NCBI GenBank assembly: GCA_010909165.1
Contig: VJWM01000107.1
Coordinates: 682,001-746,000, forward strand
Direction: 5' to 3'
DNA from: Anthoceros angustus
Taxonomy: Eukaryota > Plantae > Anthocerotophyta
DNA length: 64,000 nt
Both the position numbers and the translations under genes were made by a program. The notes beneath the pieces were generated by a model. It was not told the DNA's origin and made no database searches. It was given only the letters and a program-made list of their open reading frames with translations. Below are positions 13,138 through 27,148 of the stretch, piece after piece (positions within the stretch are counted from its first letter, which is position 1; the number at the start of each line of letters is the position of its first letter).

Positions 13138-14930
13138 GCTTCCCGAACTGTGACGTGGCTCCGAGTTTACGAAAGTAAGGAGTCCCGGCTATCTCGATGC
13201 ACCACCCCTGGCACTCCCCCACTTCAAGATTCCCGCCCCATCGCTCGTATCGCCTCTCGTGGCCGACTTCCCATCCGAAATTTCCGCTTAGCCCGCTTGT
13301 TGATCGAGCCAAACACACCGCCGCTTCCAACTTCACGATGGCAAGGGTGTCCTCCTCGAATTCACTCAAAGATTTTGGGAAGCACTGCACCAATTTATTC
13401 AACCTATCTTCCTCAGTGTCCCGTCAAGACCTCCTTCTCCTGCTTCATTCCACTGGAGCTCCTTGCTCTCCTGTTGTTCCCCTATGCTGTAAACCTAACA
13501 AAGAGGACGAGCTATCGGTCCTCCATCTCACCTAGTGCGTGCCATAGTGAGACCGGCTCTTGTAGGGTGATGTTAGGCCCCAAACCCTCGGGATGGGTTC
13601 CCTCCTTCCTATCTGGCGGCTCTCCCCTGCGACCACTTGGGGTATACTTGAGGTCACCCTTGAGCAGTAGTGACTTTCTCGGTCGGCTCGTGCCCAAGGT
13701 TGGGCCGATTCCTCCTGTTGACTGTGGCTTCCCGGCCACGGGCTCTGGAGCTGTGCTGCTCGGCCTTTCCTTTATCACCTTACATCCGGGTGAGTTCCAG
13801 CGTGCTCTTGTGGCTCTAGTGGTTGGAGTCCCCTGTTGCTCGGCCCGACCTCTCTTGGTGCTGTTGGGGTCTTAGCAACTCCAGTTGCTTTGTTAGCCAT
13901 GGTGATGCCTTAGCAACGCCACATTCCTCTTCATGGACACTTGGACTTCTCATCTTCACTCCCGGTGCCGGAGATGGCCTCTTCCTCGACTCCTCTTTGG
14001 GCTTCCTTCTTTCAAACCGGCCTCCGGGCATGGAAGGTGAGACCATCTCTATCCTCCGGCAACTTGGCATGGTCAAAAATGTGGATTAAGAAGGGAGATA
14101 GAGGGGCTGGGTGATGGTAGGGTCAAGTGGTCCCTCTCCACGCATCTTTGTGTCATAGAACATCCTAGCCCAATCTATCTTGGACCCTCTCACCACCTCA
14201 TAGAAAGACAAGAAAATGGTCGAATGTGCTCTAGCTTCTTAGTGAGAGTGAGAGCAGGATCACTGGCTAATCCGGCCCTCGAGGTCTGTTGGTGACCCAG
14301 CCATTCTCCACCCTAGACAATGTGGGAGCAATGGCGACAGCCTCCTGACTTTTGGGGAGATGGCTTCGAAAGGATCAATGATTATTCCACCACTTTCCTC
14401 TTGAGGCCTCTCATAGACTGGAACAATGAATATTCAGTGCGGGGTTGGTTCTCGTGTTGCCTTCCCTGGCCTTCTCCCTCATGTGTCCTGCACATTCCGA
14501 ACCAATTAAGGCTCTTGTAGCACCACTTTTTGTCCATGAAGGACAAGTGATGCTTAGCCACCAAGACCCCGCCCTTCACTCTCCGATTGCCCCATGTTGG
14601 GCCATTGGGTGTGGTAATGGCCTCAATGGCCACCGGAGTGGTCTTCTTAGGCCATGCTTCCCCGGCGTGGCTCGAGTTTACAGTAAAGTCCGGCTATCGC
14701 GATGCACCACCGCACTTCCCCACTTCAAGATTCTGTCCCTTGGTGTCGTCTCCTCGGGGCCGACTTCCCATCGAAAACAGCTGCTTGTTGGAGAATTCCC
14801 TGTGCTCCTTCTTTCGCTTCCAACTTCACGATGGCAAGGGTGTCTGCACATTCCTCGGCACTTGAAGCAGCGTCCCCCACAATTTTGATTCGCTATCTTC
14901 GGATTTTACGTGTCCGGCTTGTCGAATTGA
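11890..14930. repeat. Imperfect tandem duplication, unit ~1.5 kb
   Basis: 11890-13420 is repeated at 13425-14930; this stretch is single-copy in the 33-38 kb copy. Confidence 0.85.
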
Positions 14931-16259
14931 AACCTGTCACGATCCTTTGGCCACATGCACCGCCAAAGCTACCACCCCCTCCACTCAAATATGTGAGGTC
15001 CGGGGTATCCTGCAACCACGATTAGAGGTGCCTCGACCCCTTCTCTCCGCAGCTTCCGCACCCGCACCTCGATTATTCCAGCTGCCTCACCCATCGTATC
15101 ACCTGCTCCACCTCGACTACTCGTGAGATGCCACCCCTTATGGCCGTGACCACGCTCCCCGCCTCCGCCATACATCCTTCCCAACGCCTCCTAGGGTGCG
15201 CGCCACTGCACCCGGCCCACCTGTCCCGGCCTCACCCTACTTTCATCCATCCTGCGCTTCAGCCCACTTACTGGCTCTACCCAATTCGCCGCTCCTTCCA
15301 CCGATTCGCCGCTCCTTCCACCACTTTCCTCTTGAGGCGCATTGATTACTCCCCACCACTGTGTAACTTGCCACGCCTCTCCTTCCGTCGCCGCCGCTCC
15401 TTCCGTCGCCGCTCCTTCGTGCGCCTCCACTGCATCAGCTGCATCTGGCCCCATCATCGGCTCCTTCCACCGACCATAATTGCGCCAGGCTTAGCATCGC
15501 CTCCACCGCCTACCACGCATCCTCCGGCGTGTTGCCACTCAACTCGCCTTTTTTCTGAGCGTGCTTGTCACACAGGCACCTTCTGACTCGTGACCCCGCC
15601 TCAGGCCGTCGGCGCCCGCTAGTCTCCGACTCACGCTCCCGAGTTCCAGCGCCGCCTTTTTACTCAATTTCAAGATACCCTCGTCTTCCTTGTTGGACTT
15701 AATTGCTAATAGGACCCCACGTTACTTCCCGTTCGGGTATTTCCCTGTGATTTCGCCCAAATAGGTTTTCCAAATTTATCGGAAAATAACTCCGACTTGG
15801 TTGCTACCATAGCAACAGTTCTCGAGTCGGTTCTTTGTCATAGCAACAGTCCTAGCAACGGCCCTAGCAACTGCTAGCAACCGCCGAGCAGCCAACCCTC
15901 CAAGGTTGTCCGGATCAGACTAGACTCTCTTCCTCCTACTAGGCTCTAGTAGACCTTTCTTATTTTCTAACCGACTTCACATTCCAACTCCACACGATTC
16001 TCACAACTTAAACACAAAACAAAAAAAAACTCCTTTCCGAGGGGGTCTGAGTACCCATGTGGTCACCACAGGGTCACAAGGCCATAAGGCATGAGTGTTT
16101 AAATACTAGGGAAAGTGGCTCTTCGCTAGTGACTCTTCGCTGAACCCTATGGCCTAGATAAAGTAGGACACTAAATAATATTAACGTTTACTAATTATTT
16201 CTAACACCCCCTCTTAAACTTAATACCCTATTTAGGATAATTGATCCGGGGACGAGGGG

Positions 16260-17760
16260 ACTAGCGGGCTGCCAGGCGATTAGGTGAAGCTCTGAGCTTG
16301 ATCCGCCTGTAGCCGCTGGTACGTGGTGTACGGCGGGATATCTGGCTGGAGGACAAAGTGTTGAGTCCGCCTCTCACCAAAACTGAGGCCCTGAGAGCGA
16401 AATGAGTGTTGTGCAAACCGCGACAGTGATGTTGAGCTGACAGATCCGGATAGGTAGTCCCTTGACCACAGTGTCCGGGAGCTACCAGAAGCAGCGTTTC
16501 AGCGATCCGCAAGTTGAATTGCGGGCGCATGAGCTGGCTCATGGACATCAAGTTCTTTGCCATGGTGGGCACGAAGAGGACGTCTTCCGCAAAGATATGA
16601 GCCATCGTTGAGTTTGAAGGTGGTGTACCTTTGCCTTGTATCTCGCAAGTGGTTACGCCTCGCGTCAGCCTAACATGACCTTGTCACTCCGAGGCAAGTG
16701 TCAAGGTGGTGAACAGACCTCTGTCCTTGCAGATGTGTGAGGTAGCTCCAAAGTCGAGGTACCAACAGCCGTCGTCATTGACGGAGCTCGGCGAGCATGC
16801 GTGAGTATCTTCACTGTGCCTTGATCGTCCTTGACTCGACACTTGCAGCCGGTTTGGGTAACCGGGGCTCACCCGCCTTTTCTTCGGCACTCACGTGCCC
16901 AGTGTCCAGGTATGCCACACCAATTGCAATTACAGGCGTCTAGAGGAGCGTCTCCACGGCCCGACTGGTGGAGAGGTGCTCCTCGGTCTTCCTTTGTCCT
17001 TGGGTGGTTGGCCTCTGCGAGTTGGCTGCTAACACCTTATCCATCTTGTTCTTAGGAACGCCAGATGAGAAGGCTCGACTTTGCTCCTCCTGGAACAACG
17101 CACCGATCACTTCTTCCAAGGTGATGGTCGTTGTTGCACCAGAGGCAGTAGAAGCAGCTCGCAGAGGGCCGTTCTGACTAGTGACAAAGGTTTGGTAGGA
17201 GAGAGGAAGGGTTGTGACGAACTGCCAGCATCTACCTCCGACATCTTCTCTCCAGTCAGCGAGGTGAGCTGGGCTCTAAGGTGTCGGAACCTGCTGGTGT
17301 GCGCTGCCACCTTGTCTCCTTCCTTCATCTTCAAGGCGAAAAACTCTTGTCTAACTGCACAGAGTGTCATTAAGTTTTGGACCTTGTATGTCTTCTCCAA
17401 GTGGTTCCAGATCTCAGTGGCCGAGTTGTAGAACTCAACGTCTGGGACAAGATCTGCATCGAGTCCGCTGATGAGAACTGCTACCGCTATGGCATTGTAC
17501 TGGTCCCACTTGGCAATTTCTGCAGGAGTAGGTGCGGGTGTGGCTGCTGGATCCGGCTTCTTGTATGATCCGTCCACCGTACCCCACACGCCGCGTGCCA
17601 GCAAAGTGGTCTTCATCCTTACGCGCCAGGTGGGGTAGCCATCTCCTTTGAACCTGTCCGTCTCTCTGAGTTCTGAAGTAACTATAGGTGAACTCTTTGT
17701 CGCCAAGTGGACAGGAGGAGGGTGAGGAAGAAGGTTTAAGTTTGGGCTGGTGATTAACAT
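16260..17760 (-). mobile_element. Internally deleted Ty1/copia: gag, zinc knuckle and protease
   Basis: RFKGDGYPTWRVRMK...EIWNHLEKTY, CNWCGIPGHWAREC, WYLDFGATSHIC, VLFVPTMAKNLM; joins directly to a purine tract and LTR at ~16220 with no INT, RT or RNase H. Confidence 0.85.
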
Positions 17761-18859
17761 TCAACGCAGCATGAAAACTTGAGCTAAGTAGGATTACATA
17801 CACGTTGTAGCTACGATCCCCTCAAAATGAGTTCGTGGCATAAGAAACTAATTATGTTTAGAGGCGGAGAAATGGGAGAGTTTTGATGGAACGAATAACT
17901 AGAAAAAATTTGAAGGAATAATTATTGTTTATGTGTTGACTCATGCTAGGGTTATGTTACCTTAGTTTAGTTAACCTATCGATGTGTAAACTAGGTCTAG
18001 TCACCTAGTACCCTTTCGGTAGGGTTGTGACTCTTACAGTGGGCGTAACACTTGGTATCTTAATTAGGTTGTTTTAAGCATAAGCAAGTTACTCTTTTAT
18101 TTGATCTTTCAATTCAATCAATAATGTAATTGTGTTTTATTAATTCAATTCACATAAAATCTTCATGGTATCAGAGCAGGGATAGATGGAGATGCATCTA
18201 GTATGCACACAAAAATTTTCTGCATTAGAAGATGTGCAGAAAGATGTGTTTTATTATTGTTTTGAATAATAACATGTTCTTGAAAAGGAACTTTTTAAAG
18301 AAACATCAAGAAATGAATTTTGTGTTGTTTTTCTTTAAAAATCTATACAAATTCTTGCTGCATTAGGTAGCCATTCTAGCGTGCATTCATTGAATTGCTC
18401 CCTTGAGCAATTGCAATGAACATACACTAGAACAAATGCCCAATGGGCAAAATTATATATAGAAAAATACAAAAGAAATATAAGATGCAGATTCGCACTT
18501 ATAAAACACAAATCACGCTCGCACATGGCCAATTTAGATGCGCACAAGAAGTCATACACTACTCGTAATCATCCTAGGCAAAATAGGTCAAGAATTGCCG
18601 ATGGGCACACAATTGCTTCTCGGCATTTCGCATCCTACAATGGAGCCAACAAAACCAAAATAGACCTATGCAAATTGCTGATCCGAGAGACGATTTAATA
18701 CTATTGTGGAATTTCTCTATCCTCAAGAGCGTAACTGTGTTTACTCTTCCTCCAAGAAATCCACTAAATTTGCAGTGCGTGTACAAAGAGCTTTTGATGG
18801 AAACGGCAGCCCGTGGTTTCATCACAACTCAAGCTGCCACAAATGAGCCGACAATAATT

Positions 18860-21800
18860 TGGCGATTTATAGAGATAATGCAGATTAATTAAATCGATAA
18901 AATAATTACATCATTGATAATCAAGAAAAGAACCAAAGTGTTTATGAGACTTGGACAACTTAACTAAACCGAAAAGTCATGTCTGTTTCGCTAAAGGTCG
19001 CAACCCTAATGAAAGGGTATATATAACTTAAGCTAAGTTATATGTGTGACTAATAAGCTAACCCTAGGTTACTTAACATTATGATAACACCCTAAGTACT
19101 CATTACTTCATCACTCCCACTTGTTGAATGCATGTTAAGTACACTCCTTCCTTGTGCGGTCCCTTGTGAGCGTGAGCGTCACTTGAGCTTCCCTCCTTAG
19201 CGCCATTTACGCAGGAGCAATGGAGCGTGAGGATGAGATGCCTCGCCCGAGGTACGCTGGTATTTAAGCTGCGACTTACGCTTCCTGCGCCTCATTTCAA
19301 GATTCCAACTTTGGAGGAGGCGCTTGCGCTATGTCTTCTATCACAACACCATCGATGATGCCTCGGCCCAAGGCCATAATCGTGATCCCTTGGTCGATTT
19401 TCAGCTAGAACACCACAGGAGAAGCCCAAAGAACTCACTGTCTGCCGCTAAAGGTCCCCGCCGCCTAGGCGTCCAAGAGGGAGGCCACCGTATGCGGTAG
19501 AGGAAGGCGGCACGAGTGCCAGCTGCGATGCCTATGGGGCTTCTTCTCGCGGTGCCCCACGAACTAACAGTGTAAAGATTGCTGATGCAGAGAGGAGGTT
19601 CGACGAGGGTGAATATGCCTACTCAGATTGCGAGGCGATTCCACCCTTGCCATTTTCCTTCCCTGCCATAAGAGGGTATGATGAAGAGACGAGAGTTGTG
19701 TGCCCTGGAAACATAAAACACCCGGGATCGCCACTATGGTATCGATGTCGGGTGACCAGACATACTCAGGTCACGTGTGGAATACCGCACACAGCAGCCT
19801 TCTCATGAAGCGTTGATTTCCGCCTGCTTTAGCCCCTTCGCTTATTGTGCTCCCACTCGAGAAATTCTAACATCACATCACATCTTGTAGGACCGACATC
19901 CGCGGGAGGAGGAACGTCTCGAACTCAAGAATATCTTATCGTGAAAGAAAAGAGAAGAATACCCTCTCAAGGAGAAAGCTTCACCTCAAGAGCCGGATTC
20001 GAGAATCTGACGAGGAAAATAACAACATTGATGATTCGATGAAGCGAGCTTCAATCGGGATTAGGGCTAGGCCTTTTCTTTTGCTTTCGATCGCTTTGAG
20101 GAAGTCTTGCGACCTCCCGAGTCCCGGACTCTTTACATGTTTGTGGTGTAACTCTCGGCCTAGAGCCTTAGTCGATATCCGCAGGGTTGTTGGTATGTAG
20201 TCCAAGTATATTTTCCTGCCACCGCTCTAATGTAGTGATACTCGACTTCCACATGCTTTGTACGTGAGTGAAAGATGTGATTCTTTGCTAGAGCCATGGA
20301 GCCTTGGTTGTCTATAGATAGTGGTCATGTAGGTAGGTGAATTCCCATCTCCTGAAAAATTAACTTACACCACACTATCTCTTTTTGCACTGCCGAACTC
20401 TATACTCGGCCTCTGAGCAGCCACCGAGGTTGCTTCTTGGATGACCAACATATAGGTCCGCCAAAGGAGACCACATATCCAAACCGACTTTCTCGTGTCA
20501 ATGTCTCCAGATAGTCGAGTCAGAAAAGTCTCTAAGTCTAGAGTCTTTCCTTCCGTGCTCATACCTTAAGCCTACATCCGATGTTCCTTTCGGATAGCGA
20601 AACACCCGTTCAAACTCGCCAATGTTCATGGCACGGATGTTCAAGAAATTGGGATAAGGTTTTGAATATGCAACGTCGGCCTCGTGTTTGAAGCATAGAT
20701 AAGTTTACCTACCCCTTTTCTCAGTATGGCACATTTGCCATAGCATCCTTTTCAAATTATTTGTGGACACATTGACTTACTCAACTTCAATCCACTAGGT
20801 AAGGTGTTGATGTCGGTTTGGCATCTTTAAGGCCCATCTGCTCCACAGTTCATAAGGTATCTCACCGTCAAGGTAATAATTCTTCTATCTCTATCCCTTT
20901 GAATGTGAACACCAAGACTTCTTAGAGGTCCGAGATTTGTCATCTCAAATTTCGTGTTAGCGCAGTTGAGCTTGGTGATGTATGCTCCACTATTGCAAAG
21001 TACAATCAAGTCGCCCACATAGATCGCAAGGTAACAGACTACGTTGTCTCGATCAGAACGCTGCCGCCATCGCTGGCACTTTACAAAACCTAGTTCACGC
21101 AGCCTCATCCAGATCTGCTCCATTCCATAGCATCGCTTGAGCCCATACTGAGTTTTGATTAGCTTGAGGACATAGTCCTCTTTGCCTTTACTTCATAACT
21201 GGAGGCCGTATATATATCTCGTATCTAGCTTCCCATGTAGAAATGCTGCTTTCACATCAAACATATCTAACTCATAGTCTTTGTGGGTTGCACAAAGACA
21301 GGATAAAAGTTGCCATCTTGACAATCGGAGCAAATGTTTCCAAGTAGTCTAGGCCTGCACTTGGGAAAATCCTCCACGAGTCTTGCTTTATACCTATCAA
21401 AGGTACCATCACTTTCACTTTTAGTTTGAAAACCCATTTACATGAGACCATTTTATGTCTGGAGGTAACTTGGCTAGCTCCCAAGTCCGCTTTTGATCAA
21501 GGATTCATTGACTTGTATGGCCTTTTTCCATTCGGAAGATCAGTCTACTAAGTGCCTCCTCATATGAGTGTGGCTCGATGGGGTCCAAGAAAACAGAGTT
21601 GACTTGTCGCCCTAAAGTCATGTGACCGAGTAACTGAGGATGTCGTTCACGCTGTGGGTAGCGTCGTTGAGCAGTGGGTCTTGCTGCTCACGGTGTGTTT
21701 TCAAGATCCGTTGCTCAAGATCATCGATCACGCCGCTTCCTCCATATCTAAGTCCACATAAAAGGTAGAGGATCTGAGGATGCTGTATTTGATCAACGAT

Positions 21801-24800
21801 CCTCGAAATCTTGTTCTAAATTACGACAACGTGCTATGTCAAGTTCAGATCGTCGTGGATCCTCTTGTTCCCCCGCAGGAGCAACATCCTCGAAGATCCT
21901 CAAAATGCGAGACATCTTGTTCAAGATGTTCCCAATCATCTTGAGGCGTAATCGTCGAAGCTCCCACGCGAAACGGTTTTCATCAAAGGTAACGCCTCGG
22001 AGTAGATGACGTGATTGGTAGGCACATCATACAACTTGTATGCCTTGATGCCTTGATGTAACCTAACATCAGCAACTTTTGTGCTTTGTTGAATGCGCTT
22101 CCCCTGGGATGAAGGCATAGGCTACAACCAAAAGTCCTCAAATGCAAGATCTTGGGCTTATGTCCATAGAAGGCTTCATATGGAGTCATCCTCGACAAGA
22201 TTGGTAGGCAGCCTTTAGGTAAACAGAGAGGTTGTAAGGGCCGCCCAATAGGACAGAGGGAGGTGAGCATGGTTCAAGAAATTGGGATAAGGTGGTTGAA
22301 TATGCAACGTCTGGCCTCGTAGTGTTTGAAGCATAGATAAGTTTACCTACCCCTTTTCTATGGCACATTTGCCATAGCATCCTTTTCAAATTATTGTGGA
22401 CACATTGACTTACTCAACTTCAATCCACTAGGTAAGGGTGTTGATCGGTTTGGCATCTTTAAGGCCCATCTGCTCCACAGTTCATAAGGTATCTCGGTGT
22501 CAAGGTAATAATTCTTCTATCTCTATCCCTTTGAATGTGAACACCAAGAGACTTCTTAGAGGTCCGAGATTTGTCATCTCAAATTTACGTGTTAGCGCAG
22601 TTGAGCTTGGTGATGTATGCTCCACTATTGCAAAGTACAATCAAGTCGCCCACATAGATCGCAAGGTAACAGACTCGTTGTCGATCACATGTGCCGTTTC
22701 GCACTTTACAAAACCTAGTTCACGCACTCCTCATCCAGATCGCGTTCCATTCCATAGCGTTGCTTGAGCCCATACTGAGTTTTGATTAGCTTGAGGACAT
22801 AGTCCTCTTTGCCTTTACTTCATAACTGGAGGTCTGCATATATATCTCTGTATCTAGCTTCCCATGTAGAAATCGTTTTCACATCAAACATATCTAACTC
22901 ATAGTCTTTGTGGGTCACATAGGATACGAAAAGTTGCCATCTTGACAAGCTGGAGCAAATGTTTCCAAGTAGTCTAGGCACCGCACTTGGGAAAATCCTC
23001 GAATACGAGTCTTGCTTTATACCTATCAAAGGTACCATCACTTTCACTTTTAGTTTGAAAACCCATTTACATGAGACCATTTTGCGGCTGAGGTAACTTG
23101 GCTAGCTCCCAAGTCCGCTTTTGATCAAGGATTCGTACTCAGTATGGCCTTTTTCCATTCGACATCAGTCTACTAAGTGCCTCCTCATATGAGTGTGGCT
23201 CGATGGGGTCCAAAGAAAGCGAGTTGACTTGTGCGCCCTAAAGTCATGTGTTGATAACTGGAGGATGTCGTTCACGGTGGTAGCGTCGTTCGGAGTTGAG
23301 CAGTGGGTCTTGCTCACGCCGAGGTGCGAGTTTTCAAGATCCTGTTCGGCATCATCGGCATCGATCGCCGCTTCCTCCATATCTAAGTCCACATAAAAAG
23401 GTAGAGGATCTGGAGGATGGGGCTGCTGTATTTGATCAACAGCATCCTCGAAATCTTGTTCTAAATTACGACGCGCGTGCTCGTTCAAGGTCATCGTGGA
23501 TCCTCTTGTTCCCCACCTGCAGGAGCAACATCCTCAGTAAGATCCTCAAAATGCGAGACATCTTGTTCAAGATGTTCCCCCCAATCATCTTGAGGCGAGA
23601 ATCGCCGAAGCTCCCACGCGAAGCGGTTTTCATCAAAGGTAACGCTCACAGGTAGATGACGTGATTGGTAGGCACATCATACAACTTGTATGCCTTGATG
23701 CCTTGATGTAACCTAACATCAGCAACTTTTGTGCTTTGTTGAGCAGCTTTCTTCGCTTCTCCACAGGGATGAAGGCATAGGCTACACAAAAAGTCCTCAA
23801 ATGCAAGATCTTGGGCTTATGTCCATAGAAGGCTTCATATGGAGTCATCCTTCGACATTGGTAGGCTGTTCCTTAGGTAAACAGAGGTTGTAAGGCCCAA
23901 TAGGACGAGAGAGGAGGTGAGCATGGTTCAAAGAAGATGTCATCTCCGCAAAGTGAGGTTCATATGCTCACCACCCTGCTCGCTGAGGTGTATAGACCAC
24001 TTTATTAGCGCCAATTCCTTCATCTGCGTAAGGCCTCGGAATTCTTGTGAGGTAAATTCCCCACCATTATCCGAACGCAAGGTCTTGAGCTGCCCAGCTC
24101 AAAACTTCGGATAAGCTTTGAAGTGTGAAAAGCATTCACTTTTAGCTTTAAGGATATAAGCACGACAAACGTGTCGTGTCATCCGTGAAGGTCGAAAATA
24201 TTTCCCGCCGAGAAGTCTTTGACAAGGGGCCACAACTATGTGCACTAACTGTGACTTCCTGTGGAGGAGCCTTGTTTCTAAAGGCCGCTTGATGGCGTTT
24301 GCAAGAACACAGGTTCACATAAAGGTAAAGGCACTAATTTGCCAATAGGACCATCAAGATAGAGGTCACTAGCACACGCAACTTGTCATGTGTGGGTGAC
24401 CTAATCGAGCATGCCACAACTTAGACTTCGCTATCACAGTGCAGGCCGGGAGTCCTCATGTGTTAGATGGGACTGTACTCCACCCTTAGTGTGAAGACGA
24501 ACAGTCATGTTCAAGACCAGAGGCTAGAACTCGTTGGGATTAAAGGCATCTATGACCTTACACTGAAATGGAATGTAATGTGACCTATTGTCTATGTTTA
24601 AACGCCTAATGTAGATTAGATTGCGTGTCATCTCGTACAAAATAAACATCTAAGAGAGACAAAGACAGACTCAGATGGTACTGGCAATGAATAGTCCCCA
24701 TCCTGGAGAGACAAGAGACCTATTATCGCCAAGGTAGACAAACCGGTCCTGACTGTGAAGTCCGAAATGCGTTCTATCAAAACACATGTGAGCAAAGTGG

Positions 24801-27148
24801 CACTGGTCTAAGTACCACTGTGAATTGCCTAGCATTTGTCTTTGCCGACAAACATGTGGGTGCAAGGACCGGATTAGTATACTCCCGTCCCAACCATGAG
24901 GGTGATGGCGATGGTCGCTTCTTAACCACAACATTGGTTTCGCTTCCTCCTTTCGAGGTAAGCTCGCTAGCTTTTCCTGCATTCACGCTCCCGGTGACTG
25001 TGGATTTTGCACCGCTTGCAAGTCCCCGACTTCTTACTTTTCTTGTTTGCAAGGCCGAGTGGCCTCCTTGCGAGCCGCCACCTCGGACGAACCAGATCCA
25101 CCGCCTCGAGTATGGTCTTGCACCACCTCGCCCACGGTTGGAGCTGCCGCTTGCCAAAGACGCTCGCTTTGTCCTCCTCGTCGCCTCCTCTTCCGTGAGG
25201 GACCCAACAAGTTCTCGCAAATGTTAATTCGGTACTTTGAGGTCGGGCTGATTTGGCCACCGTAATTGGGATGCATGAATTGATGTCACAAAGTGTGACC
25301 ATGACGAGGCAATGATAGCAACAGTACAATGTCGATTTCATCCTTGATGGTTTCCTTGGTAGCATTTTCCAGTTTAGAGACCAAGGTTCTGAAAGTCATT
25401 ATATGTTTTTCCACAGATTCTCCTTCACGCATTTTACATTGCTGAAGGTTGTTGAGGGCTGACAGCTGATTTGCTGAGTTCTTTCCTGCGTACAGCTCCT
25501 CCAGGCGATCCCAGATTTCTGCAGCAGTCTCACAACCAGCAGTTTGCCTCATCATGTCTGCTGTGAGTCCACTTCTAATGAAATACATGGAAGATTCATT
25601 TCTGAGTTCTCGTGCTTCCTTTTGTGCTACAGTTTCACTCTCAGAAGCTGCATCTAAACCTTGTGTGGTTTTCCAGAGTTTTCTGTGTTGAAGTGCGCCT
25701 TTCATGCGCATGACCCAAATATCATACTGACGACCATCAAATCTATCCTTTTCTTTGAACCCTTCCCCACCTACAGATGAGGAGCCTGTATCTCCCATTG
25801 TAAGGGCTTATAAAGGGGTTTAAAGCTACTATCTATTGCCTCAGAGCAGATCTACAGGAGGTGAGCAAGTATGTTAACAGGTCTAATTACTTCATGTAAG
25901 CTAGATGCCTGCTGTGCCTCCTTTTCTGCAATCTGCTCCTTTCTTAATGTGAACCTATTGTAAGTGTAGGTTGCACATGAAGGACAGGAGTTGGGATCAT
26001 CAAAACCATTGTCGCAGTACGCTTGATTGATCTAACCGCAAAGTGCGAAATTCGTGGTTTTTCAACAATTCGCTTTAACAACACATGGATTTTATAATCC
26101 GTGGTACAACGCCCTTAGATCCTCAGAATCCACACTTACGCCAAAGAACACTCTTATTCAGTTTACATAACGCCTATCTACAAATAGGGCGTGAGATTCA
26201 ATTCGAAATAATGTGAAACTGCTTGTGTGGTGTGTGGTGAGGAAACCATTAGGGTTTCCACGTACATCTGCGAGCCTAGGACGCAACTCCGGAGGGTTGG
26301 CTTCGAACTTGCTCACGGGACCAACTAACAAATGTTGAAAGTCCGGGTATAGGGTGGAAACCAGAAATTGTAAGCCTCACGCACTGCAGGCCGCTCTGCC
26401 TTGATTGTGTGTCCACTCCTCGCTTTCTTGAATGCGCTCAACAATGTTTACGTAGTTAGGTTGTCCCCGAGTGGTCGATTGCGTTGGTTGACTCGCTCGG
26501 TCGAGGGCCGCCAGATTTGGCCTCGCTGTGCCATTTTAATGGCTTGTATTCGCCGTTAGAATGCTAAATTTATGCATTCGATTGTTATTTATCAATTTAC
26601 AAAAGCTATTTGCACTATCTAGCGGTGTTCTAGTGAAGTTCTATCGAATTGCTATAGGGAGCAATCAATAGAACTACATTAGAATGCAACTACTAGATTT
26701 GCAAAACAGCAATTTGTAAACAAGCAATTATAAAGAAAACAACCGAAATTTAAGTTCTTGATTTTATTTTGGGTTTCATTTCAAGAAAGCATTCTTAAAC
26801 ATAAAACAACCAAAACGCATGTTTGTGCATATCCCGAAATGCACAATTTGATGTGCATTCTTTAGAATGTAAATGCATCATCATGCTCGATACCATGACG
26901 ATTTATAGAGATAATGCAGATTAATTAAATCAGATAAAATAATTACATCATTGATAATCAAGAAAAGAACCAAAGTGTTTATGAGACTTGGACAACTTAA
27001 CTAAAGCGAAAAGTCATGTCTGTCGCTAAAGGTCGCAACCCTAATGAAAGGGTATATATAACTTAAGCTAAGTTATATGTGTGACTAATAAGCTAACCCT
27101 AGGTTACTTAACATTATGATAACACCCTAAGTACTCATTACTTCATCA
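18860..27148 (-). mobile_element. Full-length Ty1/copia with paired LTRs (26896-27148, 18860-19113) and TSD TAATT
   Basis: PBS TGGTATCGAGC at 26885-26895, purine tract AAGTGGGAG, gag 25290-25798, zinc knuckle, protease WYLD, integrase, RT (CKWVFKLK, YVGDL), RNase H; TAATT at 18855-18859 and 27149-27153. Confidence 0.92.
20640..23925. repeat. Imperfect tandem duplication, unit ~1.64 kb, inside copia RT
   Basis: The RT and late-integrase segment occurs twice, with indel-dominated differences. Confidence 0.9.

Larger units (their letters stand above)
9692..16070. mobile_element. Copy 1 of the 4.9-kb TG...CA LTR-like unit, lengthened by an internal ~1.5-kb duplication
   Basis: Same termini (TGTGGAGTGATTTT... 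/ ...GTGGTCACCACA) and colinear interior as 33005-37915. A partial extra copy lies at 7822-8830. Confidence 0.85.
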
